Positions 10,423-20,383 of a stretch of 64,000 bases of DNA are shown piece by piece (within the stretch, counting starts at the first letter, position 1; the number at the start of each line of letters is the position of its first letter). This DNA is from an uncultured Candidatus Saccharibacteria bacterium. GTDB lineage: Bacteria > Patescibacteriota > Doudnabacteria > UBA920. Location: contig CAYLIB010000006.1 of the NCBI GenBank assembly GCA_964384035.1, forward strand, positions 13,336-77,335. Direction: 5' to 3'. The position numbers were made by a program, and so were the translations under genes. The notes beneath the pieces are model-generated. The model made no database searches. It worked only from the letters and a program-made list of their open reading frames with translations, and was not told the origin of the DNA.

Positions 10423-11667
10423 ATGCTAAAGAATTTAGTGTTCGCGCTTATCATGCAGCTTGAGAGAGTAAAGAAGTTTACCCCTTCTCTTTCTGACTTT
10501 GAGTTAATGGAAGTATCTTTTGGTAATTTAAAAGACGCTATCGTCTGTTCGCTAAAAAAACTAGGGAAAGTTGAGTATTATCTAGTTTTCAAGCAGACAG
10601 GTAGTGGAGTCGCTCTAATATTACTTTCTAAAGACTTTAAAGCTATTGCCGGGAGTAGTTCACATACCTCCCCAAAGTTTATAGCCGAAGTAATAAGCTG
10701 TTGGTTAAGAGGGGACCGGTGCGCGGAGTCAGTGTATTCAGAAGCCGAAAGAGATTTCCTTTCTGCCTGTGAATTAATTCAAGGGGCCCTTAATGCTTCT
10801 TCTTATAACTGCAGATCTGATGTTTTAGTTGCTAATAAGGATGAGTCTTCGGTCAGTTGCGTTATGGGAGTTGGTAAGAGTATCCTCGTCTCAGGGTTTA
10901 ACTTTATACATAACAACTTTTTCTTTTCCAAAGGTAGAGAAGGCACAAAGAGCTTTGAATCTTTTTCTGGTTTGGTTGGTGCTATCTCGGAAGAGGCAGA
11001 GAATCAAGTCAGTATTCCGTTGTCTACGCAACTTACGCCAATGGCGCCTTTCTACCTGCAAGCCCTTCACGCGGTTTGTGGTAACAAAAGTATTTTTCCT
11101 GACATGGAAATTAACTGCACCGTAAGAAGTGAGACAGGGCTTTGGGTTGCAAGACTTCAAAAGGTTTCTGGAGGGGTAGATTCTAGGGTTATTCTACGTA
11201 TACCTCAAAATTCAAGTCACACCCTCGAATTTCTGACGAAAATAGGCAAAGAGGATCATTATGGACCGGTAAGAAAATCTGCATTTCAGAACTCAGCTCA
11301 ATTTTTTGCAGAGTTTACTGAACTACTTATTAATCCCGGTTGCTTCCCCTCAAGAGCAGATCTTCCGGAGGAAATAATCGCAAAGATGTTAGGCGAGAGT
11401 CTGAATGCAATACTCGGATACTCTTATGGCAATCTTCCACTGCAGAATTCCGAGGGTCGCTTTGTGGAAACTAAGTACTTTCCAAGGATAGACCTAGGTA
11501 GTTCTCAGGTATTCCAGGAACAAGATAATGAGCATCACCTCACCTATGCAACAACCGAATCCCGCTGGAAGGTTATGAGTGTAAATGCACGGGACGCAAG
11601 TGTTCCTAAAATACACCCTGACCTGTTTTCTGCCCATATCGACTGGTTAAGCAGGGTTCTAGGTTAG
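10423..11667 (+). CDS. Hypothetical protein
   Basis: 414-aa ORF, GGAGG RBS, terminator agtagca-ataa-tgctact-T7. Confidence 0.75.
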   Translation: MLKNLVFALIMQLERVKKFTPSLSDFELMEVSFGNLKDAIVCSLKKLGKVEYYLVFKQTGSGVALILLSKDFKAIAGSSSHTSPKFIAEVISCWLRGDRCAESVYSEAERDFLSACELIQGALNASSYNCRSDVLVANKDESSVSCVMGVGKSILVSGFNFIHNNFFFSKGREGTKSFESFSGLVGAISEEAENQVSIPLSTQLTPMAPFYLQALHAVCGNKSIFPDMEINCTVRSETGLWVARLQKVSGGVDSRVILRIPQNSSHTLEFLTKIGKEDHYGPVRKSAFQNSAQFFAEFTELLINPGCFPSRADLPEEIIAKMLGESLNAILGYSYGNLPLQNSEGRFVETKYFPRIDLGSSQVFQEQDNEHHLTYATTESRWKVMSVNARDASVPKIHPDLFSAHIDWLSRVLG

Positions 11668-11726
11668 TAAAGTAGCAATAATGCTACTTTTTTTATTTTG
11701 CGTATCTTCTTGATAATATAAATTAT

Positions 11727-13181
11727 ATGAAACCTTACGAATATGAACCTTCTGTTTCCAATGAGCCTCAGCAAGCACACTTAGGTTTCAGGGAACAGAA
11801 GTTGCTGGCCGCCCTACGAAATAATGACCCTAGCTTTTTAGCTATCTCTCAAAAAGAACACCCAAACTGGACGCTAGATACAGAAAATATAGAATACGTA
11901 TTGGATTTAATTCAAACAGGGCGTATCACTGAAGAGCATATTATGGAATTAGTGAGTAACATAAAAGTCAGCGAAGAGCTAGATAAGGCCCAAGAAAGTG
12001 ATCACTTTATAGATTTATGGAAAAATCTTGAGTCCAAAGCCGAAAATTTAAGAAAACAATACAGAACTTTTCTCACCTTTGGTGCTTATAAAAACCATTA
12101 CGACAAAAAATTCAGTAAAGAGGAAGAAGGTCAGGTAAAGTTAATAAAAGAACTTTTGGAAGACAGGGATAAAATAGAGCATGAAGCCTGTAAAGAGTTT
12201 TTCAATAAATACCCCACTGCGTATCAAGCTAGGGAACTGGCAGATGCATTTTTAGAGAAACTCAATGGAAGGATTAGCGAGGTAAAATTTAAACTGTACG
12301 AAACAAGTCTGGAAGAATTTCTAAATGACATATATGGTTCGCAGTACACATATACAAAAATAGCCAAACAAATTTTAAAATCCTATGGTCCCAAAGAAGG
12401 GGAGATGTCAAATGCTGTTGAAAGACAGGAGTTGCCAAAAGGGGTATTTGTTAAAAATACGGTAGAGTCTCCATACAAAGCCACAGGGTTAAACGGCCCA
12501 ATAGCAGCCTGCTCAGATATAGGCGGTAGGAGTAAATATAAAGAGAACCAGGACCGTACAGTCTTAAACATACGAGGTAACGGCTTTGGTGTAATAGATG
12601 GGGTTGGTGGTAGAGAAGAAGGTGAAAAAATGGCGGAGATAGCCGGAAGGGGAATTAATGAGTGGCTAGAAGGGAACAAGGATTCAGTGACCGCTCTTAC
12701 CGATGCGGCGTTCAGTATGAAAAATTATGGATCCGAACCCCCTGCAGCCTGCATGATAGGTGTAAAAATTGAAGAAGGAACACTAAATTACATTCAAGCT
12801 GGAGACGTAAAGCTGGTGGTTTATAACAAAGAAGGCGGTGTTGTATATGAAAGTATCGATGAGGTAGATAGTAGAGGAGTAGTTACAAATGCAATAATTG
12901 CAGGTGAAAAAGCGGAGCTAACCCAAAAAAGCATACGTTTAAATATAGGGGACACCATTGTAGTAGCTTCAGATGGGTTGTATAAGTTTCTAGAGAAAGC
13001 GCATCCAGGTAATTCACTTAAGGTAATAGGGGATAAAGTAAGTGCTTTAAAAGATCCATCCGAAATTCTTACACATATCGGTACACAAGCAAAAGATGAA
13101 ATGGAGACCTACTCTCAGCAAAGAGGACGCGATCTAGGAGATAATATTTCTATAGTTGTTTACAGAATTGAGCAAATCTAA
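11727..13181 (+). CDS. PP2C/PPM-family phosphatase with long helical N-terminal region
   Basis: C-terminal motifs ENQD, VIDGVGG, AGD, ASDGL, GDNISIVV. Confidence 0.85.
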   Translation: MKPYEYEPSVSNEPQQAHLGFREQKLLAALRNNDPSFLAISQKEHPNWTLDTENIEYVLDLIQTGRITEEHIMELVSNIKVSEELDKAQESDHFIDLWKNLESKAENLRKQYRTFLTFGAYKNHYDKKFSKEEEGQVKLIKELLEDRDKIEHEACKEFFNKYPTAYQARELADAFLEKLNGRISEVKFKLYETSLEEFLNDIYGSQYTYTKIAKQILKSYGPKEGEMSNAVERQELPKGVFVKNTVESPYKATGLNGPIAACSDIGGRSKYKENQDRTVLNIRGNGFGVIDGVGGREEGEKMAEIAGRGINEWLEGNKDSVTALTDAAFSMKNYGSEPPAACMIGVKIEEGTLNYIQAGDVKLVVYNKEGGVVYESIDEVDSRGVVTNAIIAGEKAELTQKSIRLNIGDTIVVASDGLYKFLEKAHPGNSLKVIGDKVSALKDPSEILTHIGTQAKDEMETYSQQRGRDLGDNISIVVYRIEQI

Positions 13182-13192
13182 AAATACCAATA

Positions 13193-13233
13193 AATCAAAA
13201 GAGCATTCTAGAATTTAGAATGCTCTTTTGATT
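13193..13233. terminator. Long perfect hairpin, probable terminator
   Basis: aatcaaaagagcattcta-gaatt-tagaatgctcttttgatt (18-bp stem). Confidence 0.7.
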
Positions 13234-13323
13234 CTTGAGATTTTTAGCTCCAGTATTTTCTGAATTTGCAAAGTTAGAGACCGTAAAGTAATCTTATCTT
13301 CCAAACACCAAAGGAGGTTGGTT

Positions 13324-13890
13324 ATGTTAGATCCATATGAACTCGAAACATATCATCATTTAAATTTTGAAACAGATACTGCCAATGCCACTTACATGCC
13401 TGTCATCGTCCTCACTGGAGTGGTTATGATGGGGCTCGTAATTCTAGGAGAGATTGTATGGCAAGTGGCTTGCTTAGTCTCTGCATCAGGAGGAGTATTA
13501 AGTCCTTATTCAGCAGAACTGGTGCATTTCACCCAAATGCTTTCGCTAGTCGCAATTTTAACCTTCTTCTCTGGCGTCGGATTCTGGGCGCATCTCGAAA
13601 CCACGGTACATAAGAACGCTGCAGAGATCAGAAGTATAGAAAAGCGAGCAAAGTTAGTAGATACATATGAGCAGAGAAAATTTACTAATCCTTTAAGAAA
13701 ACTTTCTACACCACTAACGAATAGCTTAATGGCTCTATGTTATCTGTTTACTCTTGGGTTTCTTATGTACAGAGTGAATACATACTGGCAGAATGCCTGG
13801 ATACCCTGGACCACTCTTGTTGCCCTAACCGGATACACGGTTTTCGTTTTATTCAAAGTTCGTCAGTATGTAGAGAGCTTTCAAAAATAA
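13324..13890 (+). CDS. Hypothetical 4-TM membrane protein
   Basis: AAGGAGG RBS before ATG 13324; four hydrophobic segments. Confidence 0.7.
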   Translation: MLDPYELETYHHLNFETDTANATYMPVIVLTGVVMMGLVILGEIVWQVACLVSASGGVLSPYSAELVHFTQMLSLVAILTFFSGVGFWAHLETTVHKNAAEIRSIEKRAKLVDTYEQRKFTNPLRKLSTPLTNSLMALCYLFTLGFLMYRVNTYWQNAWIPWTTLVALTGYTVFVLFKVRQYVESFQK

Positions 13891-13906
13891 GCTTCGCAAA
13901 TTCCTT

Positions 13907-15187
13907 TTAAGGGATTTTTTTTATTATTTCCTTATACTTTTGCGCGCTTGGTCTAACGGTTCTATGCATATTAATTCTGTCCACCTCAACTAGTCCAAAC
14001 TTTGGCCAGAATCCTTTATCCCATTCGAGGTTATCAAGTAAGGACCAATAAAAATATCCCCTTACATCTATCCCTTCTTCTCTAGCCTTCATAATCTGAC
14101 TAATATGATCCTCGATTGCTTTGGCTCTTATTCTATCCCTACTGTCAGTCACTCCATTCTCGGTTACTATCATTGGTATATGGTATCTTCTCCATGCTAT
14201 CTCCATAAATTTTCTAAGGCCTATTGGATAGACTTCCCAACCCATATCTGTTTTTTCGCCTGGACCAGGTACTTGTTTGAACCAATCTACTATCCCTCGA
14301 GTATAATACTGTACTCCTATGAAATCTAAATTACCCACGAGCTTGTCTAGAAACAACCAATTAGCTAAATAGTGACCCAGCTTTACCGTAAGCCTGTTGA
14401 CTAGTTTATTTTCGAAAGCTTCCAAATAAAAACCAGCGTGCGGTATGCCCACAAAGGCGTCTTCCTGATAAGTATGTATAAGTTTGTACGCTTTATTATG
14501 CGCTATCGCAAAATTTTTCAGTACCTTATACGCAGCAATAGGGTTCTTTTTATTTGGGGGGTATTCACCTGTAAGGTAACCCCCGCCAAGGCTCATAATC
14601 GGTTCATTTAGAGTCATCCAGTGCTTAACTCTCCCCCGGTAAGTCTGTACCATCCTCTCTACAAATCTTAAGTAATAATCTACTGTTTTACTATTTGACC
14701 AGTCACCTATATCTCTAATCCATAAAGGGTTCGTTCTATGCCATAGAGTTACCCAGGGGGTTATTCCCACTTCTTTCAGCTTGTCTAGTACTTCAAAGTA
14801 ATGCTGTATTTCTCTTTCGTCCCATTTACCTTCTGTGGGTTCTATGCGGGACCATTCAATAGAGAAACGGTAAGCATCAACACCAAGAGATTTCATAATC
14901 TCAATGTCTTCTATAAATTTATTGTAATGATCAGCCGCATTTCCAGAAATATAGTTTTTAGGATCTGTTGCTTCAGGTTCTATCGCTTCCCAATCTGGTA
15001 CCACTTTTTCAAACTTATGAGCAGACTCTTTAGCTAACCTATTAGCGTTCTTCAGTTCCCACGCACTCCAGTCATTAGTATTCCCGCCTTCCACTTGATG
15101 GGCAGCGGTAGATACTCCAAAAATAAACTTCTCTTTTTGTCTATTTATTTGGTTCTCACTTTGTTGTTGAATAACTTCTTCATTCAT
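13907..15187 (-). CDS. Glycoside hydrolase family 1 (beta-glucosidase-like)
   Basis: FGVSTAAHQVEG, YRFSIEWSRIEP, TLNEP, VTENG, WSLLDNLEW. Confidence 0.95.
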   Translation of the reverse strand: MNEEVIQQQSENQINRQKEKFIFGVSTAAHQVEGGNTNDWSAWELKNANRLAKESAHKFEKVVPDWEAIEPEATDPKNYISGNAADHYNKFIEDIEIMKSLGVDAYRFSIEWSRIEPTEGKWDEREIQHYFEVLDKLKEVGITPWVTLWHRTNPLWIRDIGDWSNSKTVDYYLRFVERMVQTYRGRVKHWMTLNEPIMSLGGGYLTGEYPPNKKNPIAAYKVLKNFAIAHNKAYKLIHTYQEDAFVGIPHAGFYLEAFENKLVNRLTVKLGHYLANWLFLDKLVGNLDFIGVQYYTRGIVDWFKQVPGPGEKTDMGWEVYPIGLRKFMEIAWRRYHIPMIVTENGVTDSRDRIRAKAIEDHISQIMKAREEGIDVRGYFYWSLLDNLEWDKGFWPKFGLVEVDRINMHRTVRPSAQKYKEIIKKIP

Positions 15188-15238
15188 AACTAGAGTATAA
15201 GGCTATTCTGGAAATTAAGAAATAAAAAAGCTCCATTT

Positions 15239-15634
15239 TCATGGAGTAATTTTACTAAACAATCTTGTCGTTGCCTGTATCAGAGTAGGACTTAGGTTAT
15301 GTATTGAATACTGAAAGATCTCATAACCCACGCCTAGCAGTACAGGTAAAACGAATGCGATAAAGAAAATAAAAAGGGCAAATCTTTTTGTAGAAGTATG
15401 GTCTAATTTTTCAAAAAGTTGAGCTTTTAAAGAAGCATTCTCTTCTCGCAATTTTTCAAAACCCTCGAGTTTGTTATGTAGCTCAGCATTCTCTTCGAGG
15501 GTTTTTATGGTAAAAATGAATGTTTGCAAAAGCAAAAAAGATTGTGGTAGGTTCGGGGTTTGCGGAATCGTATCCTCGCCCCAAGTCGTACTAGTTTTTC
15601 GACGTCCTTTGGTATCTGTCCGTCGCTGGCTCAT
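15239..15634 (-). CDS. Hypothetical coiled-coil/membrane protein
   Basis: 131 aa, GGAAGGA RBS, coiled coil followed by a TM segment. Confidence 0.5.
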   Translation of the reverse strand: MSQRRTDTKGRRKTSTTWGEDTIPQTPNLPQSFLLLQTFIFTIKTLEENAELHNKLEGFEKLREENASLKAQLFEKLDHTSTKRFALFIFFIAFVLPVLLGVGYEIFQYSIHNLSPTLIQATTRLFSKITP

Positions 15635-15745
15635 ATGTATTCCTTCCTTAGAAATTTTTTGCCAATTTCAGGGCATTCAATTGACCATGCATACTATCCA
15701 ATGTCTATTTGCTTGTCAATAATATTTTCGGGTTATAATAACCCT

Positions 15746-16690
15746 ATGGAAAAAGTTATCGAAGTTTTAGACCTAGAAAAAGAGTACATCCAAAAAAACA
15801 GTATTTTTGGTGTCAAAAAAGTCTTTAAAGCATTAAATAAAATCACCTTCTCTGTTATGAAAGGGGAAGTATTTGGTATTCTTGGTCCTAATGGGGCAGG
15901 AAAGACCACCACTTTAGAAATACTGGAAACCCTTAGGGAAGCAAGCGCGGGAGGTGTAAGTTTATTAGGTTTAGATATTAATAAATCTGCAGGTGAAATC
16001 AAAAAGCGTATAGGTGTACAACTTCAGGAAAGCGGTTATTTACACAGCATTACACTTAGTGAGCTCTTGGTCTTATTTGCTTCAATTTACAATAAAAAAA
16101 TTGACCCAATGCAGATGCTTCATTTTGTCGGGCTTGAAGACAAAGCAGACGAAGTGGTAAAAAACCTTTCCGGTGGACAGAAGCAGAGATTTACAATTGC
16201 CAGTTCATTAGTAAACGACCCAGAAATATTATTTTTAGACGAACCCACCACCGGTCTCGATCCAAGAGCGAGAAGAGATCTTTGGGAGCTTATAAAAGGT
16301 ATCCAGAAAAGGGGAGTAACTATAATCCTAACTACACATTATATGGAAGAAGCAGAATTTCTTTGCGATCGTGTAGCTATTATGGACAAAGGAAAATTAG
16401 TTACAGTAAGTGAACCAAAGAATCTTATAAACAATCTTGCTAGTACGACCCAGGTATCGTTCCTAACTCAAAGTATCTTAAATGATGATTTTTGGAAATC
16501 TATTCCACAGGTGTTAAAAGTTCACACAAACAGTCCAAAAATTATTTTAGAAATAAGCAGCTTAGACTGCTTAGGTTCTATAGTCGATCTGCTCAAAAGA
16601 GGAAACGTTCCTTTTAGCTCGTTTACAGTAAAAACAGCTACTCTTGAAGACGTTTATCTACATTTAACCGGTAAAGAATTCGAAATCTAA
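15746..16690 (+). CDS. ABC-2 type exporter ATP-binding protein
   Basis: GPNGAGKTT, LSGGQKQR, LFLDEPT, TTH; start reassigned to ATG 15746 (TATAAT 6 nt upstream). Confidence 0.95.
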   Translation: MEKVIEVLDLEKEYIQKNSIFGVKKVFKALNKITFSVMKGEVFGILGPNGAGKTTTLEILETLREASAGGVSLLGLDINKSAGEIKKRIGVQLQESGYLHSITLSELLVLFASIYNKKIDPMQMLHFVGLEDKADEVVKNLSGGQKQRFTIASSLVNDPEILFLDEPTTGLDPRARRDLWELIKGIQKRGVTIILTTHYMEEAEFLCDRVAIMDKGKLVTVSEPKNLINNLASTTQVSFLTQSILNDDFWKSIPQVLKVHTNSPKIILEISSLDCLGSIVDLLKRGNVPFSSFTVKTATLEDVYLHLTGKEFEI

Positions 16691-16691
16691 A

Positions 16692-17435
16692 ATGTCATTT
16701 ATCCAACTTTTCAAAACTAATTTAAGAATGATCTATAGGTATCCTCAAGCACTCTTCTGGATACTTATTATGCCCTTAGGTTTCTACATAATTCTATCTC
16801 TATTCAAAATAGAAAAGTTTATTTCGCTTCCGACCACATACTCAGAGTTTCTACTCCCGGGTTTAATAGCTCTTACTATAATGCAAAATGGTATATATGG
16901 GTTAGCATATTGGTTGGTAGATTTAAGAGCACAAGGAGTAGTTAAAAGGTTTTTAGTAACTCCTATTAATCCGATTACTCTAGTCCTAAGTGTTGTAACT
17001 GCTCGTACAATAATCGCCTTTGCTCAGGTTTTGTTGCTTACCCTAGCAGGAGTATTATTCTTCGATGTGCACGTTAATCTTAACATTATTCCAATTCTAT
17101 TTTTTGTAATTTTAGGCAGCCTTGTCTTTTTACTAGTTGGTCTATTTATTTCTACACTAGCAAAAAGTTACGATGTGGCCGCTCCAATAACTGCTCTCTT
17201 CGGGTTACCCATGACTTTTCTGGGAGGTGCTTTCTATCCAGTGGAATCGATGCCGAGAGCGCTAAATATAGTCGCTCATATCTTACCGATAACATATTTT
17301 TCTCATTCACTAAGAACCCTCTTCCTCAATCCTTTTTCATTAAACGACATATGGAAAGATTTCATAGTACTCTCTGCTTGGCTTATATTCCTGCTGGTTT
17401 TGGTTTCGTGGCGATTCAAATCTGAAGCAAAATAA
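16692..17435 (+). CDS. ABC-2 type exporter permease
   Basis: Six TM segments, FLGGAFYPVESMP; directly follows the ATPase gene. Confidence 0.92.
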   Translation: MSFIQLFKTNLRMIYRYPQALFWILIMPLGFYIILSLFKIEKFISLPTTYSEFLLPGLIALTIMQNGIYGLAYWLVDLRAQGVVKRFLVTPINPITLVLSVVTARTIIAFAQVLLLTLAGVLFFDVHVNLNIIPILFFVILGSLVFLLVGLFISTLAKSYDVAAPITALFGLPMTFLGGAFYPVESMPRALNIVAHILPITYFSHSLRTLFLNPFSLNDIWKDFIVLSAWLIFLLVLVSWRFKSEAK

Positions 17436-17447
17436 AAATAGACGTAC

Positions 17448-17822
17448 TCACATTTCCAAAAAATAAATGAGTACGTCTTTTCCTTTATGGGGACTCTTAC
17501 TTAGATGTTCTGTTAACCTGCTTCTACTTTTATCAGCAGCAATTACTTCTTCATCGGCAATCGCAAGCCACGTATTCCCGTAAGTATGGTGAAGCATGGT
17601 AATATTTGCGTCTAGCCATTGTCGGTTAGATAATTTCACTTTTGCCCTTCTTGACGAAGGAAAGCTTTTGTATAAACCGATAATTACAATCGATAGTAAA
17701 GCTATTAATATCAATAAACTGTTCACCAAAAATACTATTTTACCTAGTACGGCAAGAAAAGTTAGGTTCACAAGCAGCGCTATTAATAGCATATATCCTG
17801 CCACGCGGATCTTGTATTTCAT
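17448..17822 (-). CDS. Membrane protein with DUF5678-like C-terminal domain
   Basis: GGAGG RBS before 17822; two TM segments then YGNTWLAIADEEVIAADK. Confidence 0.55.
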   Translation of the reverse strand: MKYKIRVAGYMLLIALLVNLTFLAVLGKIVFLVNSLLILIALLSIVIIGLYKSFPSSRRAKVKLSNRQWLDANITMLHHTYGNTWLAIADEEVIAADKSRSRLTEHLSKSPHKGKDVLIYFLEM

Positions 17823-17846
17823 AATTACCTCCAAGTTCATCGAATG

Positions 17847-18212
17847 TTACAAAGCTGGTTTGTTATATTTTACGTTTATTTTCCCTGTCGTTCTAACTCT
17901 AATTAATTCACCCCGATTATTTGGTATTTTATTAGAATCAATAAAGACAAAAGGTATATTGAGACCCTTAGAAATCCCTAGAATTATACTCGCCCCTACT
18001 CGAGTGCCCGTAAAAGAACCTGGTCCCGAAGCACAAACTACTTTTGTGAGTTTATTTTTATCTGCGCCCAAAAAGTCCGATAAAAACTTAAGTATCGTGT
18101 TGCTTTCAGAGTGGGGGAGCGAGATATTTTGTTCTCTAATAATTTTCCCTTCAACAGAAATTAAAGAAAATTCCACCTTCCCCCAAACAGTTGTATCTAA
18201 AAATAAAATCAT
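17847..18212 (-). CDS. tsaB: tRNA t6A biosynthesis protein TsaB (short form)
   Basis: MILFLDT, HSE, GPGSFTGTRVG. Confidence 0.85.
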   Translation of the reverse strand: MILFLDTTVWGKVEFSLISVEGKIIREQNISLPHSESNTILKFLSDFLGADKNKLTKVVCASGPGSFTGTRVGASIILGISKGLNIPFVFIDSNKIPNNRGELIRVRTTGKINVKYNKPAL

Positions 18213-19540
18213 AAACTTTTTACTTGTAACTCATGTCTTACTACTTCTCTCTCATCCCACGCAATTCGTTTATCTCCCGGTAATACTAAAAACTGCTCGC
18301 TACCCTTACCAGTAAATAAAATCGTATCGTCTGTTTCTGCTATTTCTAAAGCGTGTTTAATCGCCTCCCTACGGTCCAAAACTATCTTAATACTTGTTAC
18401 CTTTAACTCTTTACTTGCCACTTGAGAAATTCCTGCTCTTATATTATTAGCGATTTCGAGTGGGTCGCTATTATATACATCATCATTAGTAATAATAATT
18501 GTATCGGAGTATTTTGCCGACAGCTCGCCAAATTTAAACCTTTTTGAGATATCCCTGTGGCCACCTGTAGAACCAAAAACATGAATTAGTCTACCTTTTG
18601 TGCTTTTTCTTACACTTGGCAAAACCTCTTCGAAATGTTTAGGTTCACATGCATAGTCAACAATAATTCTTATATCGCGATCATTGAGGATTTCCTCCAT
18701 CCTACCCGGAACACCCCTAAAATCTTCCATTGCCTTTGCTGCTCCTCCCAAATCAACTCCCAGCATATTTGCAGTTGCAATCGCTAGTATTGCGTTATAT
18801 ACGCTAAACTCTCCCTGTGTAGATAGTGGAAAATAGGTATCTTGCATCTTAAATCTCTTTTCAATATCACTCGAAACTTCTGCTACTGTAAATATATTCA
18901 CCTTACCCAAATATTTACTTGCTTCCTTAATACTCACCCCAAAATATTTATCGGTTTTAAAACCCAAAAAATAGTCAGCATAGGAGTCATCTAAATTCAC
19001 CCCGATCATTTTTTCTTTCATGAATTCCTTATGTGGGTGTTTAGAGAGTGAAGCAAAAAGTCTTCCCTTCGCTTTTTTATAATTTTCGAACCCACCATGG
19101 GCTTCTAAATGTGCAGGTGACAAATTAGTAAGTAGGGCAACATCAAAATTTATTCCCAGATGTCTATTCTGAGCAAGACCTTCAGAAGTTGCCTCTATAA
19201 TTGCATACTTACACCCTGCCTCAACCATCAAAGAGAGTTGCTTCTGAAGAAGTCGCTCATTAGGCATGGAAAGACCGTGCTTATTTAGCTGCGGTATTTC
19301 CCCATAAGAATAGTTGGTTGTGGTAATAAAGCCAGTCTTGTTGCCGGTAGCATTTAAGATATGGGCTAGTATATTTACAGTGCTAGATTTTCCTGCTGTC
19401 CCCGTAACGCCTATTACTATAAGCTTGCTGCTAGGGAATCCATATTTTCTACTTGCTATTAAAGATTGGGTTGCATGATAAAAAGGCCTCATTTTTTTAA
19501 TTAAGCCCTCAGGGAGTACTTTTTTAAGAAGTTTTTTCAT
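18209..19540 (-). CDS. murE: Mur ligase, MurE-like
   Basis: GVTGTAGKSST, IEATSEGLAQNR, TNLSPAHLE, VPGRME, IVDYA, GKGSE. Confidence 0.85.
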   Translation of the reverse strand: MKKLLKKVLPEGLIKKMRPFYHATQSLIASRKYGFPSSKLIVIGVTGTAGKSSTVNILAHILNATGNKTGFITTTNYSYGEIPQLNKHGLSMPNERLLQKQLSLMVEAGCKYAIIEATSEGLAQNRHLGINFDVALLTNLSPAHLEAHGGFENYKKAKGRLFASLSKHPHKEFMKEKMIGVNLDDSYADYFLGFKTDKYFGVSIKEASKYLGKVNIFTVAEVSSDIEKRFKMQDTYFPLSTQGEFSVYNAILAIATANMLGVDLGGAAKAMEDFRGVPGRMEEILNDRDIRIIVDYACEPKHFEEVLPSVRKSTKGRLIHVFGSTGGHRDISKRFKFGELSAKYSDTIIITNDDVYNSDPLEIANNIRAGISQVASKELKVTSIKIVLDRREAIKHALEIAETDDTILFTGKGSEQFLVLPGDKRIAWDEREVVRHELQVKSL

Positions 19541-19599
19541 ACCTATAGTTTATATGAATTTCTGGAGACTTGCATAATATTTATATAAGACTATAATAA

Positions 19600-19718
19600 G
19601 TTTCTCTCAGGAAGTCCTGAGAGAGAAGGGGATTATAAACCCACCGGTATCCATAGTGGTTCAGATTGTGAATCCTAGTGGGTGACCTAAATTCGGCGGA
19701 TACCGGTGGTCTTTTTTT
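19600..19718 (+). ncRNA. Candidate structured small RNA
   Basis: TTGCAT-16nt-TATAAT at 19570-19597, then a 9-bp hairpin, a 12-bp stem ccaccggtatcc/ggataccggtgg and a T7 run; no + strand ORF follows. Confidence 0.4.
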
Positions 19719-19756
19719 CTCTTCCCAAGAACGCAAAGTTCTTGGTTTCTCTTACT

Positions 19757-19786
19757 AAAAAGCTCTTCTGAATGGAAGAGCTTTTT
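19757..19786. terminator. Bidirectional-type intrinsic terminator
   Basis: aaaaagctcttc-tgaatg-gaagagcttttt just after the stop of the LOG-family gene. Confidence 0.75.
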
Positions 19787-19789
19787 CAA

Positions 19790-20380
19790 TTATTCAAGAG
19801 ATATTTTAAGTTCAGGTTTTGTGTGTCTATTTATTTCTCTATCTCTTTCTCTTAGTACCTTTAGTAGCTTGGCTACTAATTTTTTAGGGTCAGTATCAAA
19901 AAATACATCCTTTTGACCTCTTTTGCTTACCGCAAGGATATGTCTTATCTCGCTAGAGGTTCCACCAGTATCCTCAAGTACTCCTATAGGTTTTTTATCT
20001 TCAAAGGCGATAGTAAATTCATTCAACGTTCCAACCCTGCCACAAATTTCTATCACAGCATCCGCACTTCTGGTAAGAAGTAAGTTTCTACCTGAGTAAT
20101 CAAATCCTGTGTAAATAATTAAATCCATATTTGTAGTAGGTAGGCGGTATGTGTTTACATGTTCACGCTTGGTAGAAGCGGGGGAGAGTCCAATGCTCAT
20201 TCCCTTGCCTTTCTTCGCACCCCTAGTAGCCCACTCTGGGATCCCAATAGTCGCTCCAGTTAATAGGATTGCTCCCTGCTTAGCAATCTCATAGCCAACT
20301 TCATAAGCTTTCTTAAAAGCCCCCGTTGGGCAATTGTCTACAGCCGAACCAGATACGCAAATTTTAAACTTTTCTTTCAT
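19790..20380 (-). CDS. LOG/SLOG-family Rossmann-like nucleotide-binding protein
   Basis: LLTGA, GRNLLLTRSADAVI, GRVGTLNEFTIA. Confidence 0.85.
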   Translation of the reverse strand: MKEKFKICVSGSAVDNCPTGAFKKAYEVGYEIAKQGAILLTGATIGIPEWATRGAKKGKGMSIGLSPASTKREHVNTYRLPTTNMDLIIYTGFDYSGRNLLLTRSADAVIEICGRVGTLNEFTIAFEDKKPIGVLEDTGGTSSEIRHILAVSKRGQKDVFFDTDPKKLVAKLLKVLRERDREINRHTKPELKISLE

Positions 20381-20383
20381 ATT

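Noticed and set aside
15560-15745. N-terminal extensions in the ORF track (also 21257-21298, 22901-22942, 39032-39082, 56070-56318, 60129-60176)
   Set aside because: They overlap promoters, the T-box or other genes; downstream ATGs fit family starts and -10/SD signals
17596-18315. 239-aa + strand ORF
   Set aside because: Antisense shadow across tsaB, the murE end and a membrane gene; no RBS or recognisable motifs
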